Of a DNA stretch of 42,872 bases, positions 36,574 through 42,872 are shown piece by piece. The translations under genes were made by a program, and so were the position numbers. The notes below the pieces were generated by a model. It saw only the letters and a program-made list of their open reading frames with translations, did not search any database and was not told the DNA's origin. Origin of the DNA: Bdellovibrionota bacterium (lineage in GTDB: Bacteria; Bdellovibrionota; UBA1018; UBA923); assembly GCA_040754655.1 (NCBI GenBank), contig JBFMCE010000022.1, positions 1-42,872 of the forward strand. Reading direction: 5' to 3'. How positions within the stretch are numbered: the stretch's first letter is position 1; every line of letters begins with the position of its first letter.

Positions 36574-37959
36574 TTGGCAGAAGACCCGAAAGAAGAAAAC
36601 AAAGAGAAAAAGAAAAAGGTCCGCTTAAAGCAGATTCCCACGACCAGATTCGCGCGAGGCATGAAAATCGCGAAGTTGACGGCCACCGTTAGCGCTCAGG
36701 CTCTGGGCGGCAAGATGGCTTCTCTGTTTTCGTCAAAAGCTGAAAAAGAAATTGAACGCATCACCACCCAAGTGCGGCAGGCCCAGAAGATCGTAGAAGC
36801 CTTGAGCCAAATGAAGGGTGCCGCGATGAAATTGGGGCAGATCCTTTCGATTCATGGTGAGCATCTGTTCCCGCGCGAGGTGGTCGATGTGCTCGCAAGA
36901 CTGCAGCAAAACTCAGATGAAATGGATTTTTCTGAGATTGAAAAAGTTCTCAAAGCCGAGCTTGGCGAGAAGTATGAAAGAGACCTTACCCAAGTGTCTG
37001 AAACTCCAATCGCATCGGCAAGCATTGGGCAAGTGCACAAGGGCCTTCATGCTTCAAGCCAAACCCCCGTTGCGGTGAAAGTTCAGTATCCTGGCGTAGA
37101 AAGAAGCATCGATTCGGATGTGAATTCGCTAGCCTCTATCGCGGGCGTCCTCACCAAGGTTCCCGCGGTTGAAAGTTTCAATGCAGTCACCGAAGAGATC
37201 AAGACCCTCTTGCATCAAGAAACCGATTACCTGGCGGAAGCCAAGCACCTTGAGCTGTTTCGAAAACGGTTCGAGTCAGACGAGGCGATCGTCATTCCCA
37301 AGGCATTTAGCGATGTCAGCACTTCACGTGTGTTGACCACTGAACTTGTCGGAGGCATTTCAGTGCAAGCCTTCGCAGACAGCACCGCGAGCCCGACGGC
37401 ACGCGCAAGTCTGGGAAAGAAATATCTCGAAGTCTTTTACACCGAACTTTTTGACTTAGGGCTCGTGCAGACCGATCCCAATTTCGCGAACTACAAGGTG
37501 GAATGGGCGTTTGGCATCGATGATCCTAGGCTCGTGCTCTTGGATTTTGGCGCGGTGAAGACGTTTGATCGAGGCTTTCGAACGCGTTACCGCAGGCTCT
37601 CTCGGGTCTGCCTTGATGATGATTTCGAGGGCATCCGCAGAGAGGCCGTCGACATTGGTTTCTTGAAGGAAGAAGACTCAAAAGAGCAGGTCGAGCTGCA
37701 CTACCAGATGGTGAAGCTTTTCATGGAGCCTTTTCGAAAAGACCTGCAGCCCTACAGGTGGCATGAAAGCAATCTGATTGAGCGCGCAAAGAGAATCGTG
37801 CCGCGGTTCATTTTCTCTTTCAAACTGAGGCCGCCGCCGCGAGATGTGATCTTCTTGAACCGCAAGATCGTGGGCGCTTACTTCTTTTGCTCGGCGATCA
37901 AAGCGGTTTTTGACCCGAGGCAACTCTTAGAAAGCTTCATCGACAGCGAAAAAAAGTAG
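36574..37959 (+). CDS. ABC1/UbiB/AarF atypical kinase, COQ8-like
   Basis: KGAAMKLGQ (KxGQ), ASASIGQVH, VAVKVQYPGV, ETDY..EA, QTDPNFAN, LLDFG. Confidence 0.93.
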   Translation: MAEDPKEENKEKKKKVRLKQIPTTRFARGMKIAKLTATVSAQALGGKMASLFSSKAEKEIERITTQVRQAQKIVEALSQMKGAAMKLGQILSIHGEHLFPREVVDVLARLQQNSDEMDFSEIEKVLKAELGEKYERDLTQVSETPIASASIGQVHKGLHASSQTPVAVKVQYPGVERSIDSDVNSLASIAGVLTKVPAVESFNAVTEEIKTLLHQETDYLAEAKHLELFRKRFESDEAIVIPKAFSDVSTSRVLTTELVGGISVQAFADSTASPTARASLGKKYLEVFYTELFDLGLVQTDPNFANYKVEWAFGIDDPRLVLLDFGAVKTFDRGFRTRYRRLSRVCLDDDFEGIRREAVDIGFLKEEDSKEQVELHYQMVKLFMEPFRKDLQPYRWHESNLIERAKRIVPRFIFSFKLRPPPRDVIFLNRKIVGAYFFCSAIKAVFDPRQLLESFIDSEKK

Positions 37960-38040
37960 AAGAAGAAGGCTGCTGCTCGCGAGACGCATTTCCATCAATT
38001 GCATTGCAAAAAGGTGACAGAGGTTGTTGTATAAAATCCT

Positions 38041-39240
38041 ATGCGGCGACCTGGAAAAACTTTAAGACAGCAGTGGCCTGTCTGGTGGATTGCCTTGTCC
38101 GTCGTTTTGCCCGTGCTTCTTTTGGTTGCTTGGCCTTGGATCCAAACAACTCAGCCTTGGGGAATTCGCCTTTTCTTTGATGACTATGACTTGAAAGTCT
38201 ATTTTCATTCGTCGCGATGGGTGGTGGATGGAGGCACCCTTTACAGGGATGTTTTCTCTGAATATCCCTGTGTAGCCAATCTTCTCTTTGCAGGAGTTCG
38301 CCTTCTAAGCGAATGGGTCGTTCCTTTGTCGCATCCTTTTGATCGATTTTCATGGATGTGGATGTCTTTGGCATGGGTGCTCTACATTCAACTCTTGAGG
38401 ATCGTGCGCGGAGAAAAACAATCGTTGTGGATCTGGATTGCACCAGCACCAATTTATTTTGCCCTTTTACGCTACGATTTCTACCCGACATTGACGTGCT
38501 TTTTAGCGCTTCTTGAATGGAAAAAGGGGCGTTGGCATGCCGGGACACTCTGGTTTTCTCTGTGTATTGCGCTCAAGGGTTACGGCCTATTTCTCATGCC
38601 ATCTTTGTTTGTTTATTTTTTCGTCAATCTGGGCCTGCGGCAAGCCATCAAGCTTTCGACGCTCTGTCTTGGGGCATTTCTACTGAGCCACTTGGCTGTC
38701 ATCGCCTGGGCTGGTTGGGAAGGGTTGATGATGCCTTATCAATTTCACATGACTCGTTCCAATAATGGCGAGTCGACCTATGATGTTTTAGAGTTTGCTC
38801 TGCTAGGGCTCGGTGTGTCGTCAGAAACTAGGACCGAGTTTTTGCAAGTGATCGCACAAGGCATTGTGCCGAAGATCGGACTTATAGCTACGTCATTGGT
38901 AGCGGCTGCGTTGGTCCCGCGCACATTCCAAGAGCTCGTGCGATCGATGCTGATCGGGGTTGTGGGATTCATTTCCACCTCGATCTTCTATTCTCCTCAG
39001 TTTGTTCTCTGGATCGCTGGCGTTGCGACGTTTTCTGAGAGCAACCTTGTTCGTGTGGGTAGTGCCGCGCTCAATTGGTTGAGCTTTGCCCATTTCCCGG
39101 TAACGTACGACCTGCGTCCGCACTATCAAAAACCATACAAAAACATGGTGGCAGTTGTGGCTTCGGTTCGATTGTTACTGCTTGCAGTTGCTTTTCGAAG
39201 ACCGCGGCATTCAAAAGCAAGTCGCGGAAAAGCCAATTGA
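38041..39240 (+). CDS. GT-C glycosyltransferase, GT87/DUF2029-like
   Basis: Multi-TM; first loop DYDLKVYF...G.LYRDVFSEYP; RYD; IALKGY; YSPQF. Confidence 0.7.
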   Translation: MRRPGKTLRQQWPVWWIALSVVLPVLLLVAWPWIQTTQPWGIRLFFDDYDLKVYFHSSRWVVDGGTLYRDVFSEYPCVANLLFAGVRLLSEWVVPLSHPFDRFSWMWMSLAWVLYIQLLRIVRGEKQSLWIWIAPAPIYFALLRYDFYPTLTCFLALLEWKKGRWHAGTLWFSLCIALKGYGLFLMPSLFVYFFVNLGLRQAIKLSTLCLGAFLLSHLAVIAWAGWEGLMMPYQFHMTRSNNGESTYDVLEFALLGLGVSSETRTEFLQVIAQGIVPKIGLIATSLVAAALVPRTFQELVRSMLIGVVGFISTSIFYSPQFVLWIAGVATFSESNLVRVGSAALNWLSFAHFPVTYDLRPHYQKPYKNMVAVVASVRLLLLAVAFRRPRHSKASRGKAN

Positions 39241-39294
39241 CACCGCGTATTATAATCCTATAGAGCTGCCGCCATTGATGGAGGTTCTAAATCA

Positions 39295-39762
39295 ATGGTT
39301 TACACGAAAACAGTCCTATTGGCTTCGCTCTTGGCATTTGGTTTGAGTCCGGTGACAGGCTTTGGGCACCCTCCTGGGGCAGCGTCCACCACACAGGCTT
39401 CACCTGAAGCTCTAAGAGAACAGATCCAAAACAAGAAGAAGGCGATTCAAGAGCTTCAGCTTGAAATTGAAGAAGCAAAGAATTCCTCTCACTATCTGCA
39501 TGAGACTGCAGAAGGATTGACGATCACCATTGCAGGAGCGGCTGCACTCATGTTGGTGATGACCATTTTTTCGCCACGCAAACTAGATCCAGGACCGCAA
39601 AATGTTGTTTATACCACTCTTGGGGTTAGCCTTGCGGTGTCGGCGACGGGTGCAGTGATCCTCAAACTTACGGATACAAAAGCTGAAGAACTCGAAGACC
39701 GACTAAGCAGCGAGTGGGAAGCGCTGGATCAGTTGGAAAAAACTTTGAAACTAGCACGGTAA
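39295..39762 (+). CDS. Hypothetical exported or membrane protein with coiled coils
   Basis: GGAGG RBS, signal peptide, coiled coil, two hydrophobic segments, C-terminal coiled coil. Confidence 0.7.
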   Translation: MVYTKTVLLASLLAFGLSPVTGFGHPPGAASTTQASPEALREQIQNKKKAIQELQLEIEEAKNSSHYLHETAEGLTITIAGAAALMLVMTIFSPRKLDPGPQNVVYTTLGVSLAVSATGAVILKLTDTKAEELEDRLSSEWEALDQLEKTLKLAR

Positions 39763-39784
39763 AAGTCTGATCAATTTTAAATCA

Positions 39785-40453
39785 ATGCGAAGGCAATGGC
39801 CGAATCGACTGGTGCTCATTCTTAGCGTAGTTTGGATTGCAAGTGCTTTGCTTGCAATCCAAACTCATGCGGAGTCTTATCACGCCGACGAGGCTTGGCG
39901 ACTCACAGAACAGCAGGCCTACAAAAAGGCCTATAAGATGTGCTCTGACTTTGCGCCGCTGGAAACACTTGAGCTGGCTTATGCTAGCGGTGAGCAGGTG
40001 TTGTCAGAGTTTCGCATTGCTCAGCCGAGTCGAGAACTCAAGAGTTTTGTAAGGAACCCAGGTTTCTTAAAAGCAATTGAACGTTGTTATGGAAAGAATC
40101 AAACTTACCAATACCTCTTCTTAGCTTCACTGGTTTCGGCAGACATGGCAGGCAAGGTGGGCGCCGCAGCAGTGATTGTCAAGATAGCGCAGGTTCTGAA
40201 AGCCTCATCAGCAATCTTAGAGTTCATTAATCCTACTTGGGCGATCTATCTGAACCGAGCATTTTGGGTCGGTTCAGTCGCTTCATTGGGGGCGGGTGCG
40301 TATCATGGAGTGAATACGTATCAAGAGACAAAGAGCGAGTGGGAAGCTCGAGAAACAGGTCGAAGAAATCTTAAGGTAACAAAGTCAGAGAAGTTTTCTC
40401 TGATACACGGCGATTTGTTCTGGCGTCAATCCTGCTCGAACCTTCGAGAGTAA
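39785..40453 (+). CDS. Hypothetical exported or membrane protein
   Basis: Signal peptide ending THA, Cys pair, hydrophobic Gly/Ala-rich segments; last 69 nt overlap the convergent gene. Confidence 0.6.
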   Translation: MRRQWPNRLVLILSVVWIASALLAIQTHAESYHADEAWRLTEQQAYKKAYKMCSDFAPLETLELAYASGEQVLSEFRIAQPSRELKSFVRNPGFLKAIERCYGKNQTYQYLFLASLVSADMAGKVGAAAVIVKIAQVLKASSAILEFINPTWAIYLNRAFWVGSVASLGAGAYHGVNTYQETKSEWEARETGRRNLKVTKSEKFSLIHGDLFWRQSCSNLRE

Positions 40454-40933
40454 ATCTACAAAAACCGTCGCGCGTTTTGTGCGAGCCGCTCCAAACCACT
40501 TGGGAAGCCACGGGTGAGAAAGCACTAAAAGCGAGTCGATGTCTCGAATGCTCAAGTTGACGGCATCACCCACCACTTCAAAGCGTTCAAGGTCGCGGTA
40601 CGCGATTTTTTCCCAGTGTTTGCCTTTTCCCCAAACCACGCTGAAACCTTCAGGCCCAAACGAGATGCTGCCTGGGCCTGCATCGGGCACGTGTGAGCTT
40701 AAGCCAAAGGCAAGCTGAGTGCGCAGGGTGAAGTAAGGGGCAAAAGGCAGGGATTTCGTCGTCTCGGTCTCGACATAAGAAGAAGCTTCGGCAACGCGAG
40801 CGGTTTCATAAGAAGAACCGGCGTCTGTTGCCGATGAGCGCTGAGGCGTGCTGGCCAAACGTCCGCACTGTGGGCAAACAACCGGTTCCACCAAACCTTC
40901 TGGAATATAAGAGTTGCAACTCGTGCATCGCAT
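40385..40933 (-). CDS. Zinc-ribbon domain hypothetical protein
   Basis: MRCTSC...VCPQCG (two CxxC); ATG 40933 follows GAGGG; co-oriented with the SprT-like gene and mpl. Confidence 0.65.
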   Translation of the reverse strand: MRCTSCNSYIPEGLVEPVVCPQCGRLASTPQRSSATDAGSSYETARVAEASSYVETETTKSLPFAPYFTLRTQLAFGLSSHVPDAGPGSISFGPEGFSVVWGKGKHWEKIAYRDLERFEVVGDAVNLSIRDIDSLLVLSHPWLPKWFGAARTKRATVFVDLLSKVRAGLTPEQIAVYQRKLL

Positions 40934-40967
40934 TTTTCGTTCCCTCTCGCATTGGTTGAGAGCGATC

Positions 40968-41459
40968 TTAGATGGTGTTTGCCTGGGCGGCAAGCACAAG
41001 CCTAAAGTTGGGGTTGTATCTTGCGCCAGAGCACGGGCCGCAGCTCCAGACCCCTTTTTTACGCCGGAAGTATTGGGTCGAACACCGCGGGCAGAGATAA
41101 AGGTACCTTGCCTTTACAGGTGTAAGCCTGCTGTAACGGTGGAAACCGCAATGTTTGAGTTTTTTCCTGAACTCCGCCGTGTGCCCGCAGGGATGTCCCA
41201 GGAAATCAAGCCAGTAATGCACCATTTCGTGGCCCAGGGTGTCTGCGATTTCATCCCAGGCGCTTTCCATTTCGAAGTATCGCGTGCTGATTTGGATGCG
41301 CCTTACGGGTTTGCGAAAATACTGGCCACCCGTTGTCTTGAGCCGCCCCGAGAATTGGATCTCAATTGGGACGAGGATGCCGCCGAAAAACCGAAAGTTG
41401 TGATCCCAGAAGAGTTGGGTCAAACGCCGCTGTGCTTCATTAAAATCAAAAGCCTGCAT
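40968..41459 (-). CDS. SprT-like zinc metalloprotease domain protein
   Basis: FSGRLKTTGG, TLGHEMVH (HExxH), GHTAEF, C-terminal CPRC...CGPC ribbon; ATG 41459 lies 4 nt after the mpl stop. Confidence 0.9.
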   Translation of the reverse strand: MQAFDFNEAQRRLTQLFWDHNFRFFGGILVPIEIQFSGRLKTTGGQYFRKPVRRIQISTRYFEMESAWDEIADTLGHEMVHYWLDFLGHPCGHTAEFRKKLKHCGFHRYSRLTPVKARYLYLCPRCSTQYFRRKKGVWSCGPCSGARYNPNFRLVLAAQANTI

Positions 41460-41463
41460 GACT

Positions 41464-42872
41464 TTACTCCGACAGCGTTGAGAGCAGGCGGGGCAAGAGC
41501 CCGTCAAAACTTCCGTTGCTCATCACAAGCACGATGTCGCCTGTCTTCAGCTCACGGGAAAATGCGCGGACCGCAGGCTCGTTGGTCGCCAAGAGCTTCG
41601 CTTTTTTGCCGCGTTTAGCGAGATCCTGGACCAGTTCTTCGGTTGAAAAGATGTCAGGTTGGGAAGTTTGCGCGGGAGCTCCAGCAGGCTCATAGGGTTT
41701 GGCCACATAGATCGCGTCTGCGAGGTCAAAACTCTCGGTATATGCTTGTTGAAATACACGGCGCCTCGAGGTCGCGCTTCGAGGCTCAAAACACGCTACG
41801 ATTCTGCTCTCAGGGTATTTCGCCCGGATCGCCGAAAGGGTTTCGCGAACAGCAGTGGGATGGTGGGCAAAATCATCGATCAATGTGATGCCTTGCGCTT
41901 GGCCAAAGATTTCCTGCCGCCGTTTCACACCTTGATAACTCGAAAGTGCTGCGATCGCTTTTTCAACATCCCATTGCCTTGCATGAGCAAGGGTCAAACA
42001 AGCAAGCGCATTGAGCAGGTTGTGTTTTCCCGGGGTCGTCAGTTTCACGCGATACTCTTTGTTCTGGATCTGCCAGCGAAATGTGGCCCCCGATGCAGAG
42101 AGATCGACGTGAGTGGCGCGCGAATCCACGCCAGCGCCGAAGCCATAAGTGAGCACAGTCGCTTTACTTTGATGAGCGATTCGAAGAGGGGTCTCGTATT
42201 CCGCGCATGCGATGAAGAAGCCTTCTGGGCTCGTGAGCTCAGCGAGTTTATCGAACGCGCGAATGAGTGAGTTGATGTCGGGGTAAATATCCGCATGGTC
42301 ATACTCGACCGAGGTCAAGATCACATCTTTTGGGCAGTAGTGAGTGAATTTAGGGACTTTGTCAAAAAATGCGGTATCGTACTCGTCGCCTTCTAAAACC
42401 ATGTAGCGTGAATCGGTGACCCGAAAGCTTTCCGGAAAGTTGCGCAGAACACCGCCTACGAAAAAAGAGGGGCTCTCACCCAGTTGTTCAAGCATCCAAG
42501 CCAAGATGCTGGTGGTGGTGGTCTTGCCGTGGGTGCCAGCGACCACGATAGAATGTTTTTCAGGCAACACCATGGTTTCTAGCGCTTGGGGCAAGGACAT
42601 ATACGGAATACCGCGGTCAAGCACGGCCTGCATCTCGGGATTCACCTTCCGGATCACATTGCCTACGATGACAAGATCTGGTTTTGCGCGATCAAGGTTT
42701 CCGGGGGCGAAGGGAGAGAAAACTTCCACGTTCGCTGATTTCAAAACATCGCTCATCGGTGGATAGATGTTTTGGTCGCTTCCTGTGACAAAAATCCCGG
42801 CGCGTTTGAGATAGGCCGCGAAAGCCCCCATCAGGGTCCCTGCAACACCCAAGATATGAATTCTCTTCTGAC
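41464..42872 (-). CDS. mpl: UDP-N-acetylmuramate:L-alanyl-gamma-D-glutamyl-meso-diaminopimelate ligase (murein peptide ligase), 5' end off window
   Basis: Frame open to the edge (QKRIHILGVAGTLMG); GSDQNIYPPMS, GTHGKTTT, EGDEYDTAFFDK, EYDHADIY, DDFAHHPTA, FEPRS, MSNGSF are Mpl-type rather than MurC-type. Confidence 0.93.
   Translation of the reverse strand, partial: QKRIHILGVAGTLMGAFAAYLKRAGIFVTGSDQNIYPPMSDVLKSANVEVFSPFAPGNLDRAKPDLVIVGNVIRKVNPEMQAVLDRGIPYMSLPQALETMVLPEKHSIVVAGTHGKTTTTSILAWMLEQLGESPSFFVGGVLRNFPESFRVTDSRYMVLEGDEYDTAFFDKVPKFTHYCPKDVILTSVEYDHADIYPDINSLIRAFDKLAELTSPEGFFIACAEYETPLRIAHQSKATVLTYGFGAGVDSRATHVDLSASGATFRWQIQNKEYRVKLTTPGKHNLLNALACLTLAHARQWDVEKAIAALSSYQGVKRRQEIFGQAQGITLIDDFAHHPTAVRETLSAIRAKYPESRIVACFEPRSATSRRRVFQQAYTESFDLADAIYVAKPYEPAGAPAQTSQPDIFSTEELVQDLAKRGKKAKLLATNEPAVRAFSRELKTGDIVLVMSNGSFDGLLPRLLSTLSE

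Noticed and set aside
39237..39256. Sigma70 promoter TTGACA...TATAAT
   Set aside because: The perfect hexamers are only 8 nt apart, and the correctly spaced -10 candidate is poor
40914..42270. Plus-strand ORFs 40914..41618 and 41659..42270
   Set aside because: Antisense to the SprT-like gene and mpl, with no recognisable features
41464..42872. Calling this gene murC
   Set aside because: YPPMS, DEYDTAFFDK, DHADIY, DDFAHHP, EPRS and MSNG are Mpl-type, and there is no dcw cluster context
1..42872. rRNA, tRNA, CRISPR array, transposase, integrase or prophage
   Set aside because: None recognised by eye; intergenic gaps are short and show no regularly spaced repeats. A covariance-model scan would be needed to exclude RNAs fully.

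Overview
Bacterial chromosomal segment of roughly 50% GC, standard genetic code. Gene content suggests Bdellovibrionota or a related deltaproteobacterial-type lineage (inference from system II cytochrome c maturation, a DUF222-like HNH gene and many secreted orphans). Left arm: yicC (truncated, missing from the ORF track), accA, an orphan fliL, resB-ccsA and engB. Centre: a candidate inositol-glycolipid synthesis and export locus. It comprises an MMPL/RND transporter plus a PIG-B/ALG9-like (GT22) GT-C glycosyltransferase on +, facing a minus-strand run MlaC-like - TolC - inositol-3-phosphate synthase - CDP-alcohol phosphatidyltransferase - GtrA - class III aminotransferase. A ~5 kb accessory block separates the two halves (VWA protein, HNH endonuclease flanked by hairpins, a decayed gene). 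Next come a FadI-type thiolase, ahpC, a lipoprotein and a pantothenate/CoA operon (IlvC-like - panB - coaX - coaBC - panC) that lacks panE. Divergent from it is a panD homologue whose Gly-Ser self-cleavage site reads Glu-Cys. Right arm: two orphan exported genes behind sigma54-type promoters, a methyltransferase, a COQ8/UbiB kinase, a GT87-like glycosyltransferase, SprT-like and Zn-ribbon genes, and truncated mpl. No rRNA, tRNA, CRISPR array or transposase was recognised.
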